Source: an uncultured Verrucomicrobiae bacterium (lineage in GTDB: Bacteria; Verrucomicrobiota; Verrucomicrobiia; Chthoniobacterales; UBA10450). Taken from it: a stretch of 64,000 nucleotides of DNA. A program made the translations under genes and the position numbers. Under the pieces are notes generated by a model that ran no database searches, had not been told where the DNA came from, and saw only the letters and a program-made list of their open reading frames with translations. Below, piece after piece: positions 19,332-31,998 of this stretch. Location of the stretch: assembly GCA_963726745.1 (NCBI GenBank), contig CAVSDR010000003.1, positions 1-64,000 of the forward strand, read 5' to 3'. The first letter of the stretch is position 1; each line of letters starts with the position of its first letter.

Positions 19332-21760
19332 ATGCCCACTCCCCCAGCTGGTCGAAATCCATCCCTCCACTCCCCGAAGCCGGCCGGAAAGCCGCGCGGC
19401 GGCCTGCGCCGGCTGCATTTTTCCCTGGCGCTCCTGGCGCTGGTCGGCGTGGGCCTTTTCGGGCTCGAGCGCTCGGCGGCTTCGTTCCTAACGCTGCCGG
19501 AAGCGGCGGCTCGTTCGCTAGCCGCTTTTGATGCGTTCGTGGCGGATTCGACTCGGTCGGTCAGGGCGGCGGTCACTCGGAACGCCCGCGCGCGCGCCGG
19601 CGGTGGCGCCAGCCGGAAGAGCGACGCCCGCGACCTCCGCGGCTTCGCAGATGGTGTCGACCGAGGCCGGCGTGGGCGTTCCCGTTCCCTCCGCGACAAG
19701 GCCGGCGCCCGTCGCCAGGGCGAGTTCAGGGCCGCGATCCGACACGCTCCGCTTCGCCCCCGGGAGCGGATCGGCCGGGGGCCTGAACGGTTTCGCGATC
19801 ACGGCCGCGACCTGGAACGGCGGCGGGACGACGAACAACTGGAACGAGCAGGCGAACTGGGTGGGATTCAACCCGCCGACGCCGGACCCGAGCACGGTGA
19901 TCCGTTTCGCCGGTTCGACCCGGACGATGCCGAACAATGATTACCCGGCGTTCTCGCTTTTCAGCCAAATCCTTTTCGAGGCCGGCGCGGCTCCTTTCAC
20001 CCTGAACGGCAACGCGGTGAAATTAAACTTCAAGATCGAGAACAACAGCGCCAACACCCAGACCTACAACATGGCCGGGCTGTCCTTGGCGCCTTCGACG
20101 AGCGGCGGCTTCGTCGAGCTCGACCCGACCGCGGGCGACCTGATCGTGGATACGCCGGGGAGCAGCATCTTCCTGGATAACAATGCGGTCCTGCTCGTGT
20201 TCGGCACGCACGTGCTGCGGGTGAATGCGGTGATCGCGAATGGCGGCGGCTCCACGGGTGCGTTCTCGCTGATGGGCGCCGCGACGGTGATTTTCAACAA
20301 CGCCAACACCTACACCGGCGACACGCAGATCAATGCGGGCGACCTGCGCTTCACCCCTGCGGGCTCGGCGAACAGCAGCATCATTCGCCTGGGGAGCGCA
20401 GGGAACAACACGCCCGAGGCCACGCTTTCGCTCGGCGCGAGCAGCGCGGAAACCGGGGTGAATTTAGCCAGCACATTGGTCGTGAGGCCGGGGACCGGCA
20501 CTCAGGGAACGCGCGTGTTGCGCTCGCTGAACACCACGGGATCGAACCAATACTCCGGCGGCATCTTTCTCGACACCGGCTTGACCCTGCGCGCGGCCAC
20601 CGGCGGGACGATGCTCTTGCAAGGCGGGAGCGTGGACGTGAAAGCGCAGACGCTGACGATCGATGACCTCAGCGGGAACGTGAACACGCAGGGGACGATC
20701 CGGATCAACGAGCCGCTGATCAGTTCCTTCGGCGCGGGCGGTTCGCTGGTGAAGAGCGGCGCGGGCACGCTCATCCTGCAAGGGACGAACAACAGCTACA
20801 CTGGCACCGTCGCGACGACGCTGAACGCCAACGGCACGCAGATCAGCGGCGGGATTCTCGGGATCTACGGCGATGGCAGCCTGGGGCTGGTGCCGGCAGG
20901 CGCGTATAACAATGTGCAGTTTACCGGCAGCGGCACCCTGCAGGACACGGCGAACAACGTCACCCTGCATGCGAATCGCAGCGTCAGCATCGCCAACGGC
21001 GCGACCGCCACCTTCGACAGCAACGGAAACATTTTCACGATCAACGGCGTGATCAACGGCCCCGGCGGGAACGTAGCCAAGACCGGCGGCGGCTCCGTGG
21101 TCCTGGCGGGCGCGAATACTTTCACCGGCAGCACCACGGTCAACGCGGGCGTGCTCAACCTTGCCGCCACCAATGCGCTGGCTAATTCCAGCGGGATCAC
21201 AGTGAACAGCGGCGGCACCCTCCTCCTGAGCAACGCCGCGACCAATAACCGCATCGGCGACGCCGTGCCGCTGAGCTTGAACGCGAACGGCTCCGCCACG
21301 GTGGCCTTCGACACCGGCGGCCTCTCGGAGCACGGCGCTAACGAATAACACCGCCGGCCTGGGCGCGCTTACCCTCATCTCGAGCTCGATCATCGACCTG
21401 GGGAATGGCGCAAGCATTCTCGCCTTTGCCGACAGCAGCGGGCAGGCCGCAATCTGGGGCACGGGGAAACTTCTCAGCATCTATAACTGGAGCGGCCTGC
21501 CGATCACCGGCGGGGGCACCGACCAGGTTTACTTCGGAAATAACGCGGGCGGACTTTTAGCCAACCAACTGGCGGAGATTCAGTTCTTCAGCGGCTTCGG
21601 CACCGGCGCCTACCCGCTGGGCGCGGCGATTCTGCCGAATGGCGAGATCGTGCCCGTGCCCGAGCCGGCCACCTGGCTGGCGGCGGCCCTGATCGGCGGC
21701 GCGCTCGCCTGGTCGCAACGTCGGCGCTGGCCGGCGCGCAGCCGTGCTTCTACTCGTTAG
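19332..21760 (+). CDS. Large PEP-CTERM protein with autotransporter-associated beta-strand repeats (frameshifts near 19550 and 21345)
   Basis: TWNGGGTTNNWN, LVKSGAGTLILQGTNNSYTG, KTGGGSVVLAGANTFTG; last frame ends VPVPEPATWLAAALIGGALAWSQRRR. Confidence 0.88.
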
Positions 21761-21956
21761 TCTGCGGAGGCGCGTCTGCGGCGCGCTGGCTTTCCCGCGA
21801 CGCGCGCAGGGTCAGGCTAAGGGTCTCCGCTTCCTCGAGCCACTCGAGCTTTTCGCGGAAGGTGGTGGTGAGCCCGATCAAGAGAACCTGGTCGCGGGCG
21901 CCCTCAAAGGTGCACCAACGCCAACCGGGGTGCGCGTAGAGTTCTTCGTCGGTCAC
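21750..21956 (-). CDS. Small partner protein downstream of the nucleotidyltransferase
   Basis: GTGA overlap with the NTase stop; WRWCTFEGAR...TFREKLEWLEEAE. Confidence 0.65.
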   Translation of the reverse strand: MTDEELYAHPGWRWCTFEGARDQVLLIGLTTTFREKLEWLEEAETLSLTLRASRESQRAADAPPQTNE

Positions 21957-22468
21957 GACAGGCCCTCCTGCTTTAACTTCTGAAGCCTCTCCAAGTCAGC
22001 AATGTCGGCCAGGTCCTGCGGCCGGCCGGCCTCGCGTTTCATCGTCAGCAGAGCGTCGTAACCGACGACTGGCGCATTTAACGAGCCCAGGATCAGCTCG
22101 CGCCGAGCGCTGGCATATTCCCGGTCGAAACCGAAGGGTTCGTAGATGAAGACATCGATCGGCGTTCGGCGGTGGGCATCGCTCCAAAGCTTGAGCACGA
22201 CCATGTTTTTCTCTGCGCGCCACTTCTCACGCAAGGCGGGCTCCGCGAACTGCTCGGGTGAAATGGGAACCGACATATGATAATCGATCGACTCGAGCGC
22301 GCGGAGCCCGCGAATGATATTATCTCGTTCCAGCGCGATCACCAAGTCGACGTCGCGCGTCAGGCGCTCGTAGCCGTGCGCGATGACGGCCAATCCGCCG
22401 ACAATCAAATAACGCACCTGCGCGTCGTTCAAGGCGCGGACGATGGCTTCGACGCTGCGGACTTCCAT
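21953..22468 (-). CDS. Nucleotidyltransferase (DUF6036-like), putative toxin
   Basis: YLIVGGLAVIAHGYERLTRDVDLV; MKREAGRPQDLAD. Confidence 0.85.
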   Translation of the reverse strand: MEVRSVEAIVRALNDAQVRYLIVGGLAVIAHGYERLTRDVDLVIALERDNIIRGLRALESIDYHMSVPISPEQFAEPALREKWRAEKNMVVLKLWSDAHRRTPIDVFIYEPFGFDREYASARRELILGSLNAPVVGYDALLTMKREAGRPQDLADIADLERLQKLKQEGLS

Positions 22469-22471
22469 GGG

Positions 22472-23242
22472 CTAAAAGCGCAGGTGTTTTACGGTCAGGC
22501 CGTTGTTGATTAGCTCGGTCAGCGAATCGATCCCGATGCGCAGGTGAATCTCCATGAAGCGCGAGGTCACGATCTCGTCGCTGATCGCAGTCTTCACGCC
22601 TTCGGGCACCATCGGTTGATCGGAGACGAGCAGGAGCGCGCCGGTGGGGATGGAGTTGTGGAAGCCGGTGATGAAGATGGTCGCGGTCTCCATGTCGATG
22701 CCCATGCAACGGATGCGCGCGAGATGTTTCTTGAAGGCCTCGTCGTGCTCCCAGACGCGGCGATTGGTCGTGTAGACGGTGCCGGTCCAGTAATCGCGGT
22801 TATGATTGCGGATGGTGGTGGAGATCGCTTTCTGCAGGGAGAAAGCCGGAAGCGCGGGAACCTCCGGCGGGAAGTAGTCGGTCGAAGTCCCCTCCCCGCG
22901 GATGGCCGCGATCGGGAGGATGAGGTCGCCGAGCTTGTTCTTCTTTTTGAGGCCACCGCATTTCCCGAGGAAAAGGACCGCCTTGGGCTTGATCGCGCTC
23001 AGCAGGTCCATCACGGTCGCGGCGCTCGCGCTGCCCATGCCGAAGTTCAAAATCGTGATGCCGTTGGCGGTGGCGTTCGGCATCGGCCGGTCGCGGCCTT
23101 TCACTTCCACCCCATAGGCGAGCGCGAAGAGCTCGACGTAGTTGGTGAAATTAACCAGCAGGATGTATTTCGAGAAATCCCGCGCGGCCGTGCCGGTGTA
23201 ACGCGGGAGCCAGTTGGCGACGATATCAGCTTTGGTTTTCAA
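22472..23242 (-). CDS. amn: AMP nucleosidase
   Basis: NWLPRYTG, NFGMGSA, FLGKCGG, YTTNRRVWE, IDMETAT, LLVSDQP. Confidence 0.92.
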   Translation of the reverse strand: MKTKADIVANWLPRYTGTAARDFSKYILLVNFTNYVELFALAYGVEVKGRDRPMPNATANGITILNFGMGSASAATVMDLLSAIKPKAVLFLGKCGGLKKKNKLGDLILPIAAIRGEGTSTDYFPPEVPALPAFSLQKAISTTIRNHNRDYWTGTVYTTNRRVWEHDEAFKKHLARIRCMGIDMETATIFITGFHNSIPTGALLLVSDQPMVPEGVKTAISDEIVTSRFMEIHLRIGIDSLTELINNGLTVKHLRF

Positions 23243-23357
23243 ACAGACGGAACCCGCGACGAGACCTGGCGGGACGGGGTTGATTAAATCAAGCGCGCGC
23301 CGCTTGCCGAGACGAAAATGCGCGCCGCCCCGGCCACGCAGCTCGTTCGCTTTCCCG

Positions 23358-23385
23358 TTGCCGCTCGGGATGCGGTCACTAAAGT
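23358..23385 (+). promoter_or_regulatory. Sigma70-type promoter candidate for icd
   Basis: TTGCCG-N16-TAAAGT, 8 nt before the ATG. Confidence 0.45.
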
Positions 23386-23393
23386 GACGCTTT

Positions 23394-24704
<1,311 letters not shown>

Positions 24705-24712
24705 GCAGCAGG

Positions 24713-26264
24713 ATGGCCGACTCCCTTTGGCAGCGCTTCCGGGAAAACTTCCTCGCCTACGAGGAACTCGGGTTCTCCATCGACATCAGCCGGATGCGTT
24801 TCCCGGCGGATCTCTTCGAGAAATTGCAGCCGGGGATCGCGCGCGCCTTGGCCGACATGCAGGCAGCTGGAGCGCGGTGCGATCGCGAACCCGGACGAGC
24901 AGCGGATGGTCGGGCACTACTGGCTGCGCGCGCCGGAGCTCGCGCCTAACGAGCAATTAGCCAGCGAGATCACAGAGACGAAGGCGCGCATCCGCGAGTT
25001 CGCGGCGCGGGTCCATCGCGAGGGAAAATTCCGGCAGCTGCTGCTCGTCGGGATCGGTGGCTCCGCGCTCGGGCCGCAATTCGTGGCCGATGCGCTCGGG
25101 ACCGCCGACGACCCGATGGAATTGCACTTCCTCGACAACACCGACCCCGACGGCTTCGATCGCGTCTTCGCAAAATTAGCCGACGCCTTCGCGGCCACGC
25201 TCGTGGTGGTGATTTCCAAGTCCGGCGGGACCAAGGAAACGCGCAACGGCATGCTCGAAACGAAGGCGGCCTTCGAGGCGCGCGGGCTCGACTTCGCGCA
25301 GCACGCGGTCGCGGTTACCGGAATAGACAGCGAGCTGGACCAATACGCGCGCACGCATGGCTGGCTGGCGCGTTTCCCGATGTTCGATTGGATCGGCGGG
25401 CGCACCTCGGTGATGAGCGCGGTCGGGCTTTTGCCCGCAGCCTTGCAAGGGATCGACACCGAGCAATTTCTCGCGGGCGCCGCGGCGATGGACGAACGCA
25501 CGCGCGCGGAAGACCCGCACGCAAACGCCGCCATGCTGCTCGCGCTCATGTGGCATTACGCCGGGAACGGCCGCGGCGAGAAGGACATGGTCATCCTGCC
25601 GTATAAGGATCGGCTGATGTTGTTTAGCCGCTACCTGCAGCAGTTGGTCATGGAGTCGTTAGGCAAAGAGCGAGATTTAGACGGCAAGATGGTGCACCAG
25701 GGCATCGCGGTTTACGGGAACAAAGGGTCGACCGACCAGCATGCCTACGTGCAGCAACTACGCGATGGCGTGCTCAATTTTTTCGTCACTTTCATCGAGG
25801 TGCGAAGGGATCGCGCGCAACCGCGCTTCGAGGTCGAGGCGGGCACGACCAGCGGCGATTATCTCCAGGGTTTTCTCCGCGGGACGCGCACGGCGCTTTA
25901 CGCCAGCGGGCGGGAATCGATCACCCTCAGCATCGAGGAGGTGAACGCTTTCACCGTGGGCGCCTTGATCGCGCTCTACGAACGCGCGGTCGGCTACTAC
26001 GCTTCGCTGGTGAAGATCAACGCTTACCACCAGCCGGGCGTGGAAGCGGGCAAGAAAGCCGCCGGCGAAGTCTTGCAACTGCAGGGCCAGGTGCGCGCAG
26101 AACTCGGCGCGGCCCCGGGAAAAACAGCCGACGAATTGGCCGCGGCCATCGGCGCGGACGCGGAAGCGGTTTACCATGTGCTGCGGCACCTGGCGGCGAA
26201 CGACCCCGCCGTGGGCGCCGACCACGCGAGCGCTCCGGCATTGGCAAAATTCTTCAAAACCTAA
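24713..26264 (+). CDS. pgi: Glucose-6-phosphate isomerase (frameshift near 24865)
   Basis: [44 protein letters not shown]. Confidence 0.95.
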
Positions 26265-26965
26265 TGTCCTCCGTCCCTTCCAAACCCGAACCGCTGCACG
26301 TGCCGATGCCGGACATTGTGCAATTCGTCCGGCAACTGAGCCACGACCTGCGCAATCACCTGAACGCGGCTGAGCTCCAGAGCGCCTACCTGAAAGAGGT
26401 GGCCGAGAACGCGGAGATGAAGGACGAGGTCGCGCGGTTGCGAGCAATGCTGGGCGACATGGGCTCAAGCCTGCAGCGCCTAACGAGTCTCCTGGCCACG
26501 CCAAAATTATCCAGCATGCTCTACGAGACGAAGGCGTTTGTGGAAGACTTGCAGGCGAAGGTGCGGAGCCAATTCCCCGAGCAGGAGACGGCCCTCCAGT
26601 GGCAGGTGGAAGTGGGCGCGAGCGAGTTCGAGGTCGATCCGCAATTGCTCCAGCAATCGCTCCTGGAACTGTTCGCGAACGCGTTTCTGCACGGCCGCGC
26701 GCAGGGTGAAATTTGCGTCCGCGCGGAGGAGAAAAACGGCGAGTTCCGCTTCAGCCTGCACGAGCCGAAGGAGGATTTTGCCAGCGAGACGGCGGACTGG
26801 GGCCGGGCGCCGTTTCGCAAGGTGAAGCACGGGCATTATGGCCTTGGCCTGCTTCGCGTGCGCCATATCATTGAGGCCCATCACGGCCGTTACGACGCGC
26901 AATATGACCCTGCCTCCTCCACTCTCGTCACCACGATCGCGCTTCCGCTGGCCGCCGCAGCCTAG
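26264..26965 (+). CDS. Sensorless histidine-kinase-like protein (HisKA plus degenerate HATPase)
   Basis: H-box LSHDLRNHL, N-box ELFANA, GLGL; no DxGxG box. Confidence 0.75.
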   Translation: MSSVPSKPEPLHVPMPDIVQFVRQLSHDLRNHLNAAELQSAYLKEVAENAEMKDEVARLRAMLGDMGSSLQRLTSLLATPKLSSMLYETKAFVEDLQAKVRSQFPEQETALQWQVEVGASEFEVDPQLLQQSLLELFANAFLHGRAQGEICVRAEEKNGEFRFSLHEPKEDFASETADWGRAPFRKVKHGHYGLGLLRVRHIIEAHHGRYDAQYDPASSTLVTTIALPLAAAA

Positions 26966-27007
26966 CGTCGCGGGAGGCGCTGTGCCCGCCGGCCAGGCGC
27001 AGCGGTC

Positions 27008-28399
27008 ATGACGGAGAACCGCCGCATCCTCATCATCGATGACGAGCGCCCGATCCTGCTGACGCTGGAGGCGCTCCTCGGCCGCCACGGTTACCAGGCG
27101 GAAGGCGCGGGCACGGCCGCACTCGGCTTGCGCGCGCTGAAGAATAACAGCCCATCCGTGGTGCTTCTCGACCTGCAGCTGCCGGACGCCGACGGCCTCG
27201 AAATGCTGGATCAGATCAAGCGCGAGTATCCGGAAACGCAGGTGATCATCCTGACGGCGCACGATTCGCTCAACAACGCGATCGAGTCGATCAAGCGCGG
27301 CGCCTACCATTTCATCAGCAAACCCTACGCGCCCGAAGAGCTCCTGAGTTTGATCGAGAAGGCGCTGGAAAAACAATCGCTCCTGCGCGAAACCGAGGAG
27401 CTACGCCAGCGCGCGCTGCAACTGGAGAAGCGCTTGGAAATTGCCGAGACCCGGCTCGCACCGGTTTTCAAAAGCAAGGCGATGCAGGAAATCCACGAGC
27501 TGATCGGCGCGATGGCGCCCTCGGAGGCGAACGTGCTCGTGACCGGCGAGAGTGGCGTGGGCAAGGAAGTGATCGCAAACGTGGTCCACACCCGCAGCCG
27601 CCGCGCGTCCCGCGCAATGGTCAAACTGAACTGCGCGGCCTTCCCGCAGGCAATGATCGAGTCGGAACTCTTCGGTTACGTCAAAGGCGCCTTCACCGGG
27701 GCGATGAACGATTTTCCCGGGATGATCGCGGAAGCGCACGGGAGCACGCTCTTTCTCGACGAGATCTCGGAGATGCCGGCGGAGCTGCAGACGCGTTTCC
27801 TGCGCGTGCTCCAGGAGCGAGAATATCGCTCGTTAGGGAGCACCAAGACGATGAAGGCCGACTTCCGGGTGATCGCGGCGACGAATCGCCCGATCGCCGA
27901 GGCGCTCGCGGAAGGCCGGCTGCGGAGCGATCTTTACTACCGGCTAAACACTTTCCAAATCGAGATCCCGCCGCTGCGCGAACGGAAGGAGGACATCCCG
28001 CCACTGGTGGCTTCGTTCGTCCGGCGGTTCGCCCAGCAGCTCGGCAAACCCGAGCCCGAGATCACGCCAGAAGCTTTCCAAAAACTACTCGACTACTCGT
28101 GGCGCGGAAACGTGCGCGAGCTGATGAACGCGATGGAGTATGCCGTCGTGCTCGCGCGCGACGGACAGATTGGGGTGAAGGAATTGCCCGCGGAAGTGCA
28201 GCTCCCGGTGGTGTTGCAAAATACCGACTGGAATCCGCCAGCCAAGGGCACCTCGCAGCGGCTCTTCGATGTCGAGCGCGAGACGATCTTGAAGGCGCTG
28301 GCCCAGGCGCACGGGAACAAGAAGAAGGCGGCCGAGTTGCTCGGAATCCAGCGGCCGACGCTTTACAACAAGATGAAGCGTTACGAGATCGAGCTGTGA
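27008..28399 (+). CDS. Sigma54-dependent response regulator, NtrC/AtoC family
   Basis: REC domain, GESGVGKE, GAFTGA, DLYYRLN, Fis-type HTH. Confidence 0.95.
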   Translation: MTENRRILIIDDERPILLTLEALLGRHGYQAEGAGTAALGLRALKNNSPSVVLLDLQLPDADGLEMLDQIKREYPETQVIILTAHDSLNNAIESIKRGAYHFISKPYAPEELLSLIEKALEKQSLLRETEELRQRALQLEKRLEIAETRLAPVFKSKAMQEIHELIGAMAPSEANVLVTGESGVGKEVIANVVHTRSRRASRAMVKLNCAAFPQAMIESELFGYVKGAFTGAMNDFPGMIAEAHGSTLFLDEISEMPAELQTRFLRVLQEREYRSLGSTKTMKADFRVIAATNRPIAEALAEGRLRSDLYYRLNTFQIEIPPLRERKEDIPPLVASFVRRFAQQLGKPEPEITPEAFQKLLDYSWRGNVRELMNAMEYAVVLARDGQIGVKELPAEVQLPVVLQNTDWNPPAKGTSQRLFDVERETILKALAQAHGNKKKAAELLGIQRPTLYNKMKRYEIEL

Positions 28400-31162
28400 G
28401 CAGCGAGCGGAAGTCGCGCCAGCCGGACAAGGTGCTGGCGCATGCGGAACGGGAGCTGGCGCAATTTGGCGGCGCGCGCCCAACCGACGTGCTCCCGCTC
28501 TACAAAAAATTCCTCCGAATCGAGGAGCACCGGCTGCGCTTGAAGCACCAGGCCGGCGGCGGTGGCCGGGAGATTTGCCGGCGTCGCTCCAGCCTGCTCG
28601 ATGTCCTCCTGCGCCACGTTTTCACGACCGCGGATCAATTCGCACGCCAGCAGGAGAAAGCGCAGGCGACGCCCTTCGCTCTGCTCGCGCTCGGCGGATT
28701 TGGCCGCCGGGAGCTCAATCCCTTTAGCGATGTCGATGTGATGTTCCTGCACGGCGGCGGCGCGGAGGACCCCTCGCCCTACGCCACGCGGATGATCGAG
28801 CAGATTCTCTATTCCTGCTGGGACATCGGCTTCAAAGTGGGCCACTCCACGCGGTCGATCGGCGAAGCCATCCGGTTGGCTAACGAGGACATGCTCACGA
28901 AGACCGCGCTGCTCGAAGCGCGCTACCTCGCGGGCGAGCGGGACCTGGCGCGCGACTTCCGCGAAGCCTTCCGCGTGGAATGCGTGCAAGGCCGCGAGCA
29001 GGAATACATCCAGCTGCGCATGGCCGACCAGGCGGCGCGGCACGTGAAATTTGGCAACAGCGTTTACATGCAGGAGCCGCACCTGAAGAGCGGCTGTGGC
29101 GGCCTGCGCGATTACCAGAACCTGCTTTGGATTACCTCCTTCCCGGGCGGCATGCTCACGACGACACAATTGGTCGGCAAAGCCTGGCTGGCCGAACCGG
29201 ACCGTCGGCGGATCGACGCGGCCTACGATTTCGTCCTGCGCGTGCGCACCGATCTGCATTACGCGAGCGGCCGCGCCAACGACGTGCTGCACTTGAATAT
29301 CCAGGAACAGCTCGCACAGCGGCTGCATTACCCGAACCGCGGCGGCGCGCCCTTGAGCGAGCTGCTGATGAAGGACTACTACGAGCACACGCGGAATATT
29401 TTCCGCGTGACCGAGCGGGTGACGGAGCAATTCGCCGCGGGCCACAGCGTGAGTGGCGGCCGGCCCGCGGCCGCCGAGGGGGAGGTCGACCAGGGCGAAG
29501 ATTTAGGCGGCTTTTTCAGCCGAAACGGAAAGCTCTTCCTGCAGGACGACAGCCTGCTGGAGCGCGATCCCGCGGAGATCATGCGGCTCTTCGAGCTGGC
29601 GCAATTGCACCGGCTGCAATTGAGCCCGGCGCTGGAGGACCACCTTTCGCGCAGCCCCGCGCTGGTCACGAACACCTTTCGTTATGCGACCGCGCCGCGG
29701 GAGATTTTCAAGCGCATCCTCTCACGCAAAGGCGAAGCGGCCGCGATCCTGCGGATGATGCACCGGGTCGATTTCCTGGGGCGTTACCTGCCGGAATTCG
29801 CGCCGCTCACCTGCCTGGTGCAGCACGAGTTTTTCCATCGCTACACCGCGGATGAACACACGCTCGTGTGCGTGGAAAAGCTCGATGCGCTCGCCTCGAC
29901 GGAAGAGACCAGGCTGATGCCGTATCGCTGGCTCTTCGAAAAATTACCCGACCCTTTCGTGCTCTACCTCGCGCTCCTGCTGCACGATACCGGGAAGGCC
30001 GTGGGCGCGCGCCCGCACTCCGAGGCCAGCGCGCTCTTCGCCCAACGCGCCGCGATGCGCCTGCAACTCACGCCCGCGCAACGCCGCGCGCTTATCCTCC
30101 TGGTCGATCATCACATCACCCTCTCGGTGATGGCGCAGCAGCGGAATCTCGACGACCCGGAGACGACCGTGGAATTCGCCCGGCTGATCCGCGACCAGGA
30201 AAATCTCGACGCGCTCATGCTCCTGACATTGGCCGATGGCCAGGGGACGAGCGCGGAGATGTGGTCCGACTGGAAGGAGTCGTTAGTCTGGCAGCTTTAC
30301 CATGCGACCACGCAGTATTTCGCCGATCGCGCGGTCTTCTTCGAGCAGCGCAAGATCGAGCGCGAATCGCTCCAGAATGCGGTCGCAGAAAAGTTAAGCG
30401 ACGACTTCGCGGAGGAAATCGACGCGCACTTCGAGTTCATGCCGGACAATTATTTCCGCGCTTTTTCCGTGCCCGAAATCACTTCGCACGTGGAGCTGTT
30501 CCGGGAATTCCTGCGCAACCTTTACCAGCGCGAGGAAGCGGCGCTCGAGCCGGCGATCAAATGGGAAGCGGCGGCCAATGGGAGCCACAGCACGGTTTCG
30601 CTCTGCACCTGGGATTGGCAGCAACTTCTGGCGCGCATTGCCGGTTCGCTCTCGGTCGTCCCGCTGAATATTCTCAGCGCCGATATCTACACCCGCGGCG
30701 ATGGCGTGGTCCTCGACGTCTTTCGCGTGGCCGATCTGAAGGGCCGCGCGGTTTCGCACGAGGCCGACTTTCAGCTGGTCGAGCGCACGCTCAGCCGCGC
30801 CCTCGCGGAGCCGGAGTTCGACTTCCAGCCCGTTGCTCGAAAAAGCGCGCCGCGAAGCCCGTCGGCGGCGCACCGCCGAGGTGGAATTTCCCACTGCGAT
30901 CGCGACCGATAACCGCGCGCATCCGCATTACACCCTTGTCTCCATCCAGACGCCCGACCGGATCGGTTTGCTCTACGAATTGCTCGCGGCCCTGCGCGAA
31001 GCCGAGGTCTCGATCGCGCTTTCGCGCATCAGCACGGAGAACGGCGCCGCGATCGACACCTTCTACGTGGTCGATGGTTTGACTCGCGGGAAAATAACCG
31101 ACCACACGCGCATGGCCGACCTGCAAAAGCGCCTGCAGGAAGCCGCGCTCGGTCGGGCCTGA
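28396..31162 (+). CDS. glnD: [Protein-PII] uridylyltransferase (frameshift near 30830)
   Basis: ALGGFGRRELNPFSDVD, KSGCGGLRD, HRYTADEH, LLHDTGK HD domain, two ACT domains. Confidence 0.95.
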
Positions 31163-31213
31163 CGCAATTCCCGCTGGAAGGGCGGAGCGGCCCGCCTAGT
31201 GTCCCGCCACCGC

Positions 31214-31969
31214 ATGAATGTCCTCATCCTTGCCGCCGGTTACGCTACGCGCCTTTATCCGCTGACCCTGACCAAGGCCAAGCCGCTGCTCGACGTGGCC
31301 GGCAAGCCGATGATCGAGTGGGTCCTCGATAATCTCGCGCCGGTGAAAGAAATCGAGACCGTCTACGTGGTCACAAACAACAAGTTTGCGCGCGACTTCG
31401 AGGATTGGGCCGAGCAATACCAGAAGCGTGCCGGCAGTGTGCGGCTGAAGATCATCAACGACAATTCGAACGACGACAGCGACAAGCTGGGCGCGATCGG
31501 CGACATCAACCTCGTGCTCGTGCGCAACCCGGAAGTGGCGCAGGACGACTTGATCGTCGTCGCAGGCGACAATCTCTTTAGCGAGCCGCTGGCAGAATTC
31601 GCCAAGGCGGCGCACGGCACGGAAGCGATGCTCGCGACCTATGACGTGGGCGACCTTGAGGCGATCAAGAAATACAGCGCAATCACGACGAACGAGGAAG
31701 GCGTGCTGACTTCCTTCGAGGAAAAGCCCTCCGACCCGAAGAGCACGCTCACCGGGATCGCGCTCTACTACTTCGCGCGCGACACCGTCTCACTCTTCAC
31801 CACCTACATCGCCGCGGGGAACAATCCCGACCAGCCGGGACGTTTCATTCAGTGGCTCTACCCGCGAAAGCCGGTCAAGACGTTCCTCATCACCGGCACC
31901 TGGTTCGACATCGGAAGCAAGGAAACCCTGGAAGAGGCGAACGAGCTCTTTCAGAAATTCGTTCGTTAG
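31214..31969 (+). CDS. Sugar-phosphate nucleotidyltransferase (NTP_transferase family)
   Basis: ILAAGYATRLYPLT, PLLDVAGKP, FEEKP, WFDIG. Confidence 0.9.
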   Translation: MNVLILAAGYATRLYPLTLTKAKPLLDVAGKPMIEWVLDNLAPVKEIETVYVVTNNKFARDFEDWAEQYQKRAGSVRLKIINDNSNDDSDKLGAIGDINLVLVRNPEVAQDDLIVVAGDNLFSEPLAEFAKAAHGTEAMLATYDVGDLEAIKKYSAITTNEEGVLTSFEEKPSDPKSTLTGIALYYFARDTVSLFTTYIAAGNNPDQPGRFIQWLYPRKPVKTFLITGTWFDIGSKETLEEANELFQKFVR

Positions 31970-31998
31970 GCAGCGAAATGGCCGGCTGAAGTTGTCGG

